Below, one piece after another: positions 30,921-44,900 of a DNA stretch of 57,824 nucleotides (position 1 is the first letter of the stretch; every line of letters starts with the position of its first letter). Both the position numbers and the translations under genes were made by a program. The DNA comes from Phoronis australis. Taxonomy: Eukaryota; Animalia; Phoronida. The notes beneath the pieces are model-generated. The model was not told the DNA's origin, did not search any database, and worked only from the letters and a program-made list of their open reading frames with translations. The stretch spans positions 888,970 to 946,793 of the forward strand of contig NMRA01000071.1 in the NCBI GenBank assembly GCA_002633005.1, given 5' to 3'.

Positions 30921-33900
30921 TAGTCCATTCGACTCTAGGAAGCCCAGAAAATCACTTCCGTGGCCTCTTTTTGGTGGCGAAATAATTTTGTTTTTTTAAG
31001 GTCATTAAGTACTATACTTTAAGAATCTAAAATGTTCCCAACGTTTGACTTGCACGTTTTCGAGAAATTTGACCTGAACAATTTTAGTTTTTGCACTATT
31101 TGGCACAAAAAACTAATCTTCAAAAACCAACAACACTAGACAAAAACTGAATGATAACTTGATTGGGATTTGTTTGTTTGAAGTTACTGAACAAGGTATG
31201 ATTATGATATTAGAAAAAGAAATATTTTAGCAGTGCCCCCTGTTGACCAGAAAACATAGTACTATATTCTGATCTGCCAAAAAATATACTGTTAAACATT
31301 TGGATGGAGCTTGATGAAGATTTAATATCACAACCTACATATGAACAATATATATTTCCAGCACTTCTGCAACAAATTCATTGTCATCACTTTCAATAAT
31401 TGCCACAATTAATTATCATTATCAACATTGCTGTTTACTATCAAATGTCACAGAGAGCGATACACCCAACAGTCCTCACAGTCACCAGCACGATTAAAAG
31501 TTGTCAATATTTTTCAATAGGTTGACAATTAAAAGTTCTTTGACAACATAGCATGCACTTATTATGTTTCTTCAGCCACTCTATCATTTATATCATCATT
31601 ATTGTCCTCAAAAGTTGTTTTTTGACTGAAACACAATTTAGAACATGGCATGGCTGACTTCACTAAACAAGAGCACATCTTTTTACTCCAACCACTTCTT
31701 TTGCTCTTGCCATTAACATTTTTCATGGCATTTTCTGGGGCTAAAGGCAGAGTCATCCAGTGGAGCTTCAGGCTAACCTGCTCCAAAAGCCACCCATTAC
31801 CAACTGGAGATGGTGCACTGACGCGCTGTTGCAAGGCTCGTTTGTGAATGGCACACTGGTAGTTTGCTCTTTTAGCATGTAGCAGCAAACATTCATGATG
31901 AGGAGGCAGATCACAGATTTCAACCTGAATATGTGGTAGTGTGCTTTGTTAACTGTTAATGACTCGCCGTACAGCTTGCATACAAACGGTTCAATGCCTT
32001 CCATGAGTTAACCAGGAAACACAGATTTTGAGCCCAACCTTAATGGCAAAGAAAAAGTTTAAAAAATCTCTGCATCCTGCATCTTACCCAAAATAAAAAA
32101 AGTTTTGACAACCTGAATAGCATTTCATCTAAACACCTTGTTACAGTAATCCTATTTAACTGGAATAGATAACCAAAATGTTCTTCACTTAAGCACACAG
32201 TATGGCCAACAACTGAAATTTCATTTTGTCTAAGTGCTCAGCAAAAATAAGCATTAAGAGAAATGAGCATCATTATTAGCATTGATTGCACTGTGTAGCT
32301 CCCTTCAAACATTTTAAAACATAGAAACATTTTTATCATCCTTAATACAATAGTTCAGCCTTTGAAAATACAGTAGAGGAATGGTCATGTTGGCAATAGT
32401 TTTGTTTGAAATTGAAGAGCTTCTTCTTTACCGTAAAGTTAAAATTTCGTTTGACTTCCTGTTTTAAATGGCACATAATTGGAGTAGTAAATATTTTCTT
32501 TCGCCAAAAACTCCAATTCAACAATCTTCAGAACGTGAGATACTGAAATCTGCGCAACATTTGAATCTTTAAGATAAATGAATTACAGAACACAGGCAAT
32601 ATTTCCATTTTTGTATTTCTCAAATTCGAAGCATAGTTCATGATTTTACATAAAAGGGTCTCAAAATAGGCTTAGAAATTCATAAAAAGCAGTGCTGATC
32701 ACTCACATGTAGGTAAAAACTACTGCCAGTACATTTGAGATTGAGACAACTATTACTACAAATTTATGAAGCAAAATAATGTTTGTAGTGTGACCTAAAC
32801 TAAAGATTATGCACCATAAATGACACCTTTTCAAATTAAGAATAGGTAGGCCTTTTTACAATTGAATGTTTGGAACTGGGATAGGTTTAGTGTGAAGTTA
32901 CCCTGTGATGGAATTTGATTTGTGGCAAATGGTTCATTGTGGAGGAAAGACATATGCAGTATATTTCTTTGAGCACTGTTAAATGTACATGTAACTGACA
33001 GTGACAATCTCATTAATTTTCTCGTGGGCTCAGCCTTATTTCCATCATCAGCTTAGTATCTTCTTATTTTTAAAGCTCTTTAGATTTTTGTTATATCTGT
33101 TGAGTGTCTGTAACGCTGTTTGTGATAGAAGCATGCGCGCACAAAGCCTAAAAATGAGGGGCTCGAGATTTTGAGAATATGGACGTTTATTCAGATTCAC
33201 GGGGTACTTCAGAGCTACGAATTGTGCTTTCGTCGAATTTTGGTATTTCCTGCCTTTTAAGTGAACTTTTTTCTCATTTTCTACTTTTTCGGAGTTTTTG
33301 TTTTTCTGAGGCCAACCTTTTTACCCACTTTACCGGGGAGGCTCGTTCAAGCCCCCGATATCCCCACCCCTGGATGCGCGCATGATAAGAGCTCTGTTTT
33401 TTCACAAAAAGTTAAAAACTTATCAGCAGCAATACTTCTCTTGCACTTATTGTTGATACGTTTGTTTGCAGTAGCCTTACACCAGGTAATATCTAAAAAT
33501 TCCAGCTCAGAAATTTGAGCAGAACCTGACACATGAATCACTGAATGTTGCAAGAGGCAGACATCTTGCCAGTCTATTGTGAAGTTGCACACTCTTTCAA
33601 TAATTCATGGTTTCAGCAGAGTCTTAGCTGTCCCAAAACTAACTGTTGTTTGTGAAACACAAAGTGATTCAGGAATGTGCCAAAGATTGTTTCAGTGCGA
33701 TGACACTTTTAGACACTTGATTTGACACCCCTCAATTCCGAACTGCTGCCTGCTGGTTTTTGAGTCTCGGTCCTTGGTAATTTCCTATTACTTGCACACC
33801 CATCCAAGAATTGATACTATCCAATGTAGTCAGTAGCAGTAAACAACCTAGCTAAGCCAGCAGGATAATATCAGCTGACTGTCGTCTGATGAATGTTTTC

Positions 33901-34180
33901 ATGCCAAGCAGACGACTTGAAGGAGAACTGTATGGACACAATATTTTTCAGGCATTTGATTGGTTGTTCGGATCATTTTGTACTGACACCTGGTGGCTAA
34001 CACATTAGTTGAGGTTATATTTTTTCCAACTTTTAAATTAGAAGTCAAACTAACCGTGCAAGTGTATATTTGGGAACTTTTTGAAATTGACTTTCGAACA
34101 TCTGCAGATGGGTTTAATGCAAAGTTCCAGTTGCCCCCAGAACGTAGCCACGGAGGTGAAAGATAGGAGAGCTGGGACTA
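30921..34180 (-). mobile_element. Second, more diverged Academ-like DNA transposon
   Basis: Ends (gcca)tagtcc ... ggacta(tggc). 31030-31080 is the reverse complement of the subterminal motif of the other Academ copies. Frameshifted transposase C-terminus at 31562-32004: FVCKLYG...VNKA.Y..F, HAKRANYQ..I...A....PSP..NGW......L.WM...APE..C.C. Boundaries are approximate and no clean TSD is visible. Confidence 0.65.
33132..33384. mobile_element. MITE, CATGCGCGCA family, inside the second Academ-like element
   Basis: TIR catgcgcgca / tgcgcgcatg; flanks agaag / ataag; related to 6837-6993 and 27112-27314. Confidence 0.65.
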
Positions 34181-34833
34181 TGGCCTACTTGAAGTTATTG
34201 ATAATCCTTAACTACAACCTTACAAACAGTAGCACATCCTATTATTTTGTTGACGTATGAGTCACCGCTGAAGAAACTCTATGAACTCGTGTGTCTTGAC
34301 ACGAGTGAACGGCATTTTGAGCTGACGAGGTGAGTAAATACGACGACAATGGGATGAATTACCCTGTACCTTTTTCATTTGTTCTCCCTTTGATTTGGGC
34401 AGACATTCCAGGTATTGTTCATCCACCCACGTAGCTCTAAAACTACGGTAGCCCTGAGGTTACATGTCAATACACTCACATCATACAACGGTGCAGTTGT
34501 ATGCCATAATATTTAGCACAAGTCACTGGTTTTACTAAAATTATACACACCTACATGTATAAGTAGTGCTATTCTAGGCCAAACTGCAAATTGAAAACTG
34601 CCACGTAACCTCGTTCAGTGTCAAATTTTGTTGTGTAAATTTTGCTGTAGGGACTGAAGTTCCCAGACGATGGAAACTTTTAGACATATTGTCTGTTTTG
34701 GAAGACGGAGGCGTAAAGACCTCTGGATAACACACGTGAAAGAATAATGTAGGCAACTGAGCTACCTAGCTAGATGATGAGATCACGTGGCTGGAGAGCT
34801 TTCTTGTATTGGGTGTGCATGATGAATTCTTCA

Positions 34834-35978
34834 TTATATGCCTGTTCCTTCATGATGCCCTTGAGCTGCTGATTCAACAGGGAGCGTCGCGCTCTGGCGC
34901 CCTGTTTCTGTAACAGGGGCTTGAATTCCAGAATATTCAAATTGTTCAGAAAAACTTGTTTTCTCTGATACATCAGTATGATGTGTCTCTCCTGCAAACA
35001 ATGTATTTGCTACCTGGCAGACAGTCGCTTCCGGTTTTGATATATCATTTTTCGTTTCCGACGGTTGTCTATCGGAATTCTCTGTTTGTGCTGTTGACGG
35101 ACCTCCACCATGAACATCGTGAATGTTGATTTGTATAGGGCTTCTTGGAGTTGAAGAATTCTTTCCATTTTCAGAGATATTTGCGGGCACAGCCATCTCA
35201 TCCTTATTACATGTGTTTCTAAGCAAAGATTTGCTCCACAATGCAGTCTTTATTCGTCGGAAAGCAATAGCCCCTGCATTTAATTTTTCAATTTTCCCTT
35301 CCACAAACACTCCATCTACCTCCTGATTATGCACTATTGGCTCAATATGGAGCCTCTCGCCCTTGTTTTGCATTTCTACATGCTGTTCATCAGTGCTCAT
35401 TTCTTGTCCAATCTCAGAAATACGTGGATTCACCGTTTCATCAACATGATCGTTGCAAAGTGGTTTTCCAGCAAAGAAGGCGCGCCAAAACGCATTCCTT
35501 CTTAGACTGAACGTAGTTTTTTCGATCTTAAGGTTTCCTTCTTCAGGGGCATTTTGGAGGTGACTAGCACCACCGTTTCCGTACAAGAATTGCTTCCGGA
35601 GTCGCTGAAGTTCCGACTTCACTCGCATAACTCGCTTAGTTTTCATTTTTTCCACTTTACATCTCATTGTTTTGGTTCTGATTGAGCCACCATTAGCTGT
35701 AACGCTCATTCCATCTGCTTGAGTATTGACCAAAGTTTCTCCATTGTCGTTTGAGTGACATGGCTGCGACTGACGTGCTGCGAGTGAACTTAGATTAAAC
35801 AGTGACCCCGCAGATAACTTAATCTGGTTCACTTGTTCTTTACGTTTTTTCTCAACCCTTCGTAAGAATAGAAGGAAGCCGACAGAGAAGGCAATAAGCA
35901 TCATAGAGAGGATTATAGTAGAGATAGCCGCGTCACCTTTGAGCTGAGTCGTTGCTGTCCCTGAACGCGTAGCTTTAA
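34834..35978 (-). CDS. EGF-receptor last exon: TM helix and cytoplasmic tail
   Basis: tttgttttag/ acceptor in phase 1; hydrophobic 22-aa helix, basic stop-transfer, about 340-aa tail ending EGTGI*. Confidence 0.8.
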
Positions 35979-38900
35979 CTAAAACAAAAGAATGCATAGT
36001 TAGGTGTAGGTTGTGCACGAAATGTCACGGTCAAAGTTGCCATGGTATCAAACATTCACCTAAACGTATTCTCCAGAATATTTAATACAATGTGTTGGCA
36101 TGATATTAAACCCTGCTTTGCTGGCACCACTAAACGATTAGTAAATCCAGTTAACAATGAAAGCGTTCTTCTGATAAACGCTTCAGGGTTCTGCGTCACA
36201 GAAGGTCTATGCTGGCAGATAATTTAATAGCGCGTCCTAGCAGCCCACGATGAGTTCAAAGTGGACGTTATTCATGAGAAAACTATGTAACGGTGATCTG
36301 CCAAATGCCACGGTAATTTCGTTCAAAGATTTTTAGTGACCTATTCATAGTTGAAGAATGTGAGCAGGGTACATCGCGGCTAAGCTATAACGAGGCAAAC
36401 CCACTTGGAACTGGATAAATCTTTGGTAGGCTAATATGAACTCATTCCAGGTGTTCGTAAGTCCAAAAATGTTACGTTGTAATAGCAGTGGCGGATTTAG
36501 GGGGGGGNGGGGGGCAAGGGGGCTGTGGCCCCCCTAAAGTACTACCAGGTACTATTTAGGAGTTCGGATGAGCGCAAGCAGGGGCTCGTCGGGGGTAAAT
36601 AAACACGCATAGGCCCTGAACAAACTGAACAAACCCCGTTTATCGCTATTTTTTAGTCAACAGGTCCGCAACCCCAAACATTCGAGGCCTCTGTGTCCCC
36701 ACATTTTAGGCTGGGCGCGCACATCTGTCGAAATTCTGGTTATTCTCGTGCCCTGTCCCCCCAACTCAAAATCCTGGATCCGCCCCTGAATAGTCAGAGC
36801 TCCGACGAAATGTGAAAATTTTAAACACATGACTTACGTTTGTGAGGTCTTTTAACTGAAAATGTGATAGAAACTTGGCATTAGTTTTGAACTGCAGACG
36901 TCAATCCTAACAATAAACACAATCGGTGAATTTTATTTTGTAGTGGAAACCGTGTACATTTAAAAAGTTACAGTACTGAAATGTTTAAAATGCCTCCAAG
37001 CATAAAACCCGAGATTTTTTATTAGTGACGCTGTGCTGCATTCTGAATTGTGCAGTGTTCTTAGGAGTATTTGACGTTCCGTCTGGTGCCGAGGAGAGTT
37101 AATAAGAAACGGCCCACGGTGAAGACATGAAAAAAATCTGGTTGAAAAGATTTTGGTAAAGGTGTGGAACTTCGCTCATGTACCTTTGTTACACAGGTCG
37201 CCCATCCATCCCTGTTGACATCCTCCCGAATCTACGCAGCTTCCGTTGTCGCGATGACAACTGCGTGAAATGCAGTGGCATATCAACTCGCAGTACTTTC
37301 CGTAAGTTCGGTCCAAAGGACACGGGCTCTCTACAAAATGTGTATAACGGGTACCAAATGATACGCATTCCTCTAGTTAACATTGAAAACGTTGTAACAA
37401 TAAAGTAGCTGTGACATTACACTTTTGTAGTAAGTTAATCTGTCTAACCGATCGGGCACTAAGAAATAATGACGACAAAATAAGATGATCACCTACATTG
37501 ACCGTGTTTAAAAGTAACACCAGCAAACCTTTTATCTTACGGAATGAAAACAAATGCAATTCAGAACGGTTTATAATAGCAAACAGAAGCGTTCCAGACA
37601 GTCACGTGATCGCTGAGCTATCATCACAAACACAGGAGACTTACACAACTACTAAGTTTCATATAACCCCTTGCCATCTTACAGGTCAATGTTTATGTTT
37701 GGTCGTTCGAATTTCAGCCTTTTTAAACTTTGACACGCATGGAATGAAAAGGTGGATTTGAGGAGCACAGCTCCCCGCGGCCACCGACGACCAAAATGTT
37801 CGAAAGCCGTTTTAGTGGCTATATCTTAACGTTTTGAACAAAATTGCTTTGAAAAGTTCGGTTTCTCATCTCAAGGAGCTCCAAAAGAACAAAGCTAGGA
37901 TTCCTGCTGCGGTGTTTACGTTCACATTCCTTGTTTTAAGCTAGACAAAGCCCTGTGAGGCACGATGCTAAAATAATCCAGCCTACACGTTGTAATCTGA
38001 CATGAGTGGTGCCACCTTGTGTTACACACCACTTTCAATTTCACGCTCATTACCTTCCGTGTACACTAAAACACGTGAATTATTCTTTTTTGTCACCTCA
38101 AGTACCAGGAGTCATGGGAGTGTTGTGAATAACCTCTTTGCTCGGCAAAGAAGGAGTTTTAAATCATTAAAATGATTAACTCACGAGTCTTACAGTCGGA
38201 GCCGGACCATCCGACGGGGCACGCGCCCCTGCAATTTCCACTATCACGGTAGCAGCCATCACGTGTCGCACAGTGACACTGCTGGTCACATTGAGGTCCG
38301 TACGAATTGGGATTTGGACAAGACTCACCTAATAGATAAAGAAAAACAGTATTTGTATGTTGGTAACGCCGGAACAGAAAAATATGAAAAAAAACGTCCT
38401 GTGGATGAAATCGGTAAAGCAACCTTGTAGAAAACAAGATGACGTCATACCTGACTATACATGTTCGTTTAACAGAGCTACATGTACTGTGAGGCGGGAG
38501 ACTGATGGTAAACGGTCTTTGAGCAACTATTGTTACTTTCCAGTTGCCATGCGGGTAGTTGGGGATTTGAAATTAATGCATGACGTCACTGGTTTAACGC
38601 GTCTTCACTCACCGTATACACAGCCTAACTTCCGGTCACACGCTTCCCACCATTCGCATTCACATTTTTGCTTGCAGTCGCTTCCCCACATACCGTCCAC
38701 ACAGTCACCATGGCACAAGTCAAGTGAACGCTGCACGCAGCCAGTCGTGCAGTTGCCCGTTCTGTCGTTACATTTCTGAGTCGGGTCTCTGCAGTTGCAC
38801 TTGTACTGACAGATATCACCAAACGTGAGTCCTTTACAAGGCTGTCCTAAAAACATAGGCAGTCTGTCAAAAGTTTCGAGGTGCAATTCTAGATTTTATG

Positions 38901-41900
38901 TTATGAATTGTTGATGTGTTGAATTGGTACTCGGTAAAGGCTATATTGGTACATATAACACAATAAGGTGGGATCAATTCCATAACTGTATGGATGATAT
39001 AAATTAAAGAATGGGTAAACAAATAGAAACATGGATTTAATACCTCTTGGTTTCATGCAGTTTCTAGTGACACGAAAACTCAGATAACCTGTATATCCGC
39101 AGGTTAGGAGATAAAAACTATCGGGAATATTTGTGAACGGACACGTACTCAGGCATCCTAAGTTCCGATGGCAGGTTTCCGACTTTTCACACCGACACTT
39201 TTTCTTGCAGTCGTTTCCCCACATACCATCTACGCAGTCTCCGTGACACAAGCCACGTGATCGCTGCACGCAGCCAGTCGTGCAGTTGCCAGTTGTGTCG
39301 TCACATTTCTCAGTCGGGTCATTGCAGTTGCACTTGTACTGACAGTTGTCACCAAATGTGAGTCCATTACACGAATGTGCTGAAAAAGTTTGCAACTTTT
39401 CAAAGGCCAAATTTTGTTGAGACAATCGTTCATTAGCTGAAGTAATCCAAAGATATTCCCTGCGTGTTAATTAATCGCGAAACTAGGTGACACTTTTTCA
39501 TGTAGAGTCAACGTGGAGATATATTCAGAGAAACGACGTAAGAATATATCACGACTAGTCAACACTCTTATTCAGTTAACAATGTCATTCAGTGAAAGGG
39601 ACTACGAAAGATCCATTCAGCAACATCACCTTCCGAACCGAATAAGCCACAGCCTAGAAAATAATGGAAGCCATCCGTAAACAATGCTCAAAACTCGTAG
39701 ACTAAAGTTTAAACGAAATGTGTAAAAGGTAGGCCTACAGCTGAATTTCCCTTGAAGAAACTAATGAATTCGCTACAAAATGTAATCTCTACCTTACCAG
39801 ATAATTAACCCTACAAGTCACCAACAACACGGCCTACCTTTCGAAGGTATAAAAAGCTCAAAAAAGCAAACAGGAGGTCACAAAGGTATTTGCAAAGCAC
39901 GTGTTCTGACTAGCTTTTTTCGCAATTTTAGCCAATCATCTGGTAACTGAATCAAACAGATAATCACTTACGTATGAAACAGCCAGAAGACCTTTTACAA
40001 AGCTGATTGGCACTACAGTTGCATACGTTTTTACAATTTTTTCCCCATTGACCATCGACACAGTTGGCGTGGCACAACTCTTTCACGTCTCCACTTGCAC
40101 AACCACTCGTGCAATTTCCGGTGCGATCGTCACACGTTTCTGTCAGATCGGCGCAATTGCATTTGTACTGGCAATCATCGCCAAATACGCGTCCCACACA
40201 TCCCTTTTCTAAAACCGCAAACGGTTAAAGAAAATGATTCAGTATGCTGAGGTTATTCAACAAAGCTCCTCAGGAGACGTTTTAAGCTTGTTATTGCATA
40301 CATGTAGTTTTAGTTGAAAAAAGCTACTTAAACTTGTAAATGGCTGCCTGAGATTAAATACTTTGAAGTCGTGTAGAACGCCCGCAAAATGTCCAAAATA
40401 AAATCAGATCATCTCTGGAATTGTCGATCGAAGTTTTGTTTTTCTGTGCTCTGAAAAACTGCGAGGAAATGATTAAAAAGATCCATTGTTACAAAAAGGC
40501 CTATCAAAAATAGGACTGAATGATTTTCATGAAAAAAGACCAAGTCGCATAAAAAGAATTGAACAATCGCAAACCATAGCAACGTAGAGAGATGCCAACC
40601 TGGCGGTTTAAATCATACGAAATCTGCTCATATTATTTTTGCCGTTGTTTTGATATACAATAACATTTCTTTTTTCACTAAATTGCACTAAAGAGAAAAG
40701 GTCACGTGAGGCAACCAATGGAAGATTGGTATAAAACCAAAAACAAATTTTTCAGACATTTTACATTCAGAAGGTTAATACTTTCACTCAGTTAAATTGC
40801 ATGCTTTCAAAATATTTGATGCAGTGCACAATCTTGTCGATAAAGTCTTGTGACGGATTATAAACTTTTTATTTAGAAACAATTCAACAGCGAATCGAAA
40901 CCCGTAAATTCCTTAGCACTTCCCTATCCAACCATTGCCAGTCTCACATCGATGCTAAAACAGATAGATGACTCTACTTTTGCCAGCCAAACAAGCTTTG
41001 AGATTGATTTTACCTCTCATACATTGACCGGTCTGGTGATGACATCGGTTGCTGAACTTGCATTGACATGACGTACTGCATGAATCGCCCCAAAAGCCAT
41101 CTGGACATTCTACAAATAGGTAGTGAAATTAATGAAGCATGAAGAACAAAGAGTGTTTAAATTTACCGATAAAACAGTGGATTCGCACTAGAAAAGCAAG
41201 GTACTGCATAACCTAAGCGAGTGAAAACCTAGAATTTAGTTTGGTTTATAACGGTTTATCCTAGGAAACTCTACAATGATTTGACGGTTATCATTTGGTG
41301 TTGATTAGTGGGGTTAAAATCCCCGCTTCAGTTTTCGTCAACGGAGTTTTCAGCGCAAGTGCAACTAATGTATTGGGATTTTCGGAGCACATCACTGCAA
41401 CCAAGCATGAAACATCGGCATTGTTACGCTGTATCTTTTGACTTCAGGTAGGTAAAGAATACACTCCAATTATTTCAATTTGTAACATTTTACTGATTTT
41501 GCTCTATTCCTTGGGTCTACTGGATGGAGGCAAAGACCAATGAAAGTTGCAATGCAGTCTGGGGACATCTAACATTCGACATTTAAAGTCTAACTGAAAA
41601 AATAGAAAGCTACTTCCGGAGTGTGTAATGTATATAAGCAGCTTAGCTGTTAAGAATGACTCTATTTCGTGACTTTTAAAGGAGAATGCCACCAAAAAGA
41701 ACCTATTTTATTTCAGTTTATTCGAGTAGTTCCACTCGATAGCAGCAACTACAACTCCACCTGACACCTGACGGCAGACAGAGGTGTTGAAATTAACCAA
41801 TGACGTCAGAGGTTCGAACGCAGTCTGTTCAGCAGTTCACAACTCGATTATTGGTGTCATTTTTTTGCTTGAATTCATCGTTTTACACCAATATATCATC

Positions 41901-44900
41901 AAGATTCGATGTAAAACCCTTACAAATACATCGAGTTATGAAACAAACGTGTTGTTTTATTTCGCTCTTAGGAATTTTTAGGTATTTGAACGTATCGTAG
42001 CCTGCAAATTTCAGTAGGCCACTTTATCATGGTCAGTCGCGGGAGTTTGGGGTCTGTTCGGTGTTAAATACGGATTATTCGCCCGTGAAATATAAACAGG
42101 GGAACATAGCTGTGTTGAAAATTTAGACTTGCGATTTTTTCAGTTCTAAACATACAAAACGCTTGCTATCCCGGGAGACTCGGAACCCGATCAGGCCCAT
42201 CGCGACCGGACAGAAGGCATCACGAACTTAAACAAGCCAATATTGTAAACTAAACCTCCAGTCACGCAAGGACTATGCTAGTGAGCCAAAGAAAGATGTG
42301 CACGTGATTGTTTTGGCGAATTAGCCGCGAAACTGCAAATCTACTTACTAGCTAGTCGGGGGCAGCGAAGTCAGGATACCCTTCCACAGAACGGTCTGGG
42401 CAAAAGTTGTACAGTAAAAAGATTCGGATGATATGCATGATAATCGAAATAAAGATTCCCCTAATATCTGAAAATATGATATGAAATTGAGTTATTTTTC
42501 CACAACTGCTTTCCGTCAGCAACCACTGAATAAGCATGTGCTTACACGGCCTAGGTACACGGTCAATTAGTTTATTGCATCTAAAGCCGGTAACGAAGTG
42601 ATCATTGCTGAGTTCTCAAAACATTTGCACTCCATAGCATTATAATTGGTATCTAATGAGACAGATTTTGTTTCAATTTTATATAAGTATTGGTTGGGGA
42701 GGGAACTGAATAATTCGTTATGAAACAGAACACACAATAATAAAAGTCAACGCGGCAGCTCGCAATCTCAACTTAGACGAGTGCTCATCCAACGAAGACT
42801 TCACAGGTCGATCTTTATGTTTAAAAGGTGATCAGTTCGAACAGGAATGCTCTGATCAAGAACTAGAGAGGTTCCCTGAACGAGCATGGACAACAGTACG
42901 TTGATAGTTCGAAAACCGTTTGAATGACTTGTATTGTTATGGTGTCACGATAATGGAAACGACTGACGCTTGCGTTTGCTGCCACGAAATTTCGCAAGTG
43001 AAACGCCTTCTTGGAGAAGAGCAGGTGTCCAGTCACGGACCATTCTAGTTTTGCACCGCATCTAAACTGAGATATCCTTACGACTTTCGGCTGAGAAAAA
43101 GAATTGCCAAAAACATCCAACATCCAGAGGAGAAAACAGAAGCCTGACGAACGAGGCAGTAATCTAACAGGTTATTTGAAACGTTATGTTTTCACGCCTT
43201 GAATTAATTGTAATTATTTTTGTTTTTACAGGCAATTACAATTCTCCATACGCAAAACCTAATCAATAATTGATCCGCGTCGCTTTGTCTCCTTCCTACC
43301 GAACGCTAACACATTAGACACAACATCTGACTTCAGCCTCAGTTTCTTCTTGTGACCAGGAATGAGCTGTTTGGTAAGCCGATATTCGATCGTCAGTGGA
43401 CGAAATGCCAGCCACTAACAGACACGGCGAAGGTCAAGTACTCATACGTGGTATGAACGGCGTAGTTTTCATTCACTACCGCGAGCTACTTCCGAAGCAT
43501 TATCGGCACTCGAGGAAATTGAAAAAATATATACCCGCTTTCCACGCAGCTTCATTGTTTCCACAAGCGGGAACGAAGCACCACACCATATCGGCACTCA
43601 CTCTTACATCGCTGCGTCGTTTCTCACTTTCCTCACAGGTTAAAGCGACACCTCTTGGCGAGGTAATTAAAATCCACCATATACGAGGTGATGAGGGTAT
43701 AGAACGATTAAGACGGTAAAAAAATACTTAAATCGGGAGGCATTCTCCTTTAAACAGGCTCAGAATAGCTCTTACGTGGTACACATCCTTTCAGTCTGGT
43801 ACAAATTTCCCAGGGTTTACAGTGGCACGTGTTTTTGCAGTTGTCTCCCCACAAACCATCAATGCAGCGCGTAATACATGTGCCATCAACGTTAAGCTGG
43901 CAACCACTTGAACAAAAGCCTGTAGAATCGTGACATTGTTCGGCAGGGTTGTTGCACGCGCATGCGTACTGGCAGTCGTCGCCAAAGACGTTTTTGGCCC
44001 TGCAATTCTCAGCTGAAACGGAAGTCTTCGAGAATGACATTCATGCTGGCGGTGTTTACGTAAGATACTGTAATTTAAAATAAAAAAAATAGACATGCGT
44101 GATGACTCTTGTTTCGACGTATGTTTTATAGTACTATACTTTGTCCCTAAGCTTGATAGAAATGTTTGAGTAAAGCGGTCTCAACACCAATTTCGGCGAC
44201 AAGACCAGCTGTACAATATATAATCATGACAGCGTTTTCCCGTTCAGTGACTTTAGCAGATGTAGTCGGTGTGCCAGATCTCATAGCGTTCATCCTTGTG
44301 AGTACTTGGGGGGGGGGGCAACCTAGTTTTTTCTATGTGGCTAGATAATATACCTATAAATCAAATTCCAAAAAGTTCCCACGTCTACTCTTGCACATTT
44401 TTTTAAAAAGGTGTTTCTGTTGCACAAAATATTATGCACATTCCTGCCACTTGGTGGCGCTTTTCTATTGAATTGACCAATCAGAGAGCCAGATTGTATT
44501 GTTGTGCTTAGTTACTTCAATACGGCTGCTCCCATGGAGGGTGATGCCTGTATAATTCAAGGTTTATCAAACAGCAAAAAATTGTGATGCCAGAGGCTAA
44601 AGAAGCTTAGGAAAGCTTCCTGACGAAAGGTGATGGACTGTGTCTGTGGAACTCTGTAGATCAGTAGATCAAAAAGAAGAAGAGGTGTCACAAACGTTTG
44701 TGCAGAAAAAAGCTGCAAGTCCTGGTATAGCCTACACAGTGTATTGCTGAGTGCTGTAGGCTAGAAGACCAAGTGTCAGACCAAAAAATTGAAAATAAAG
44801 GACATACAGGAGCGGCATAGCAACGTTTCAAGGCACCAACAGTAGTACTAAAGCTGAAGTTGCTGAAAGTGATACAGATATTATCCAAGATTCCCCAAGA

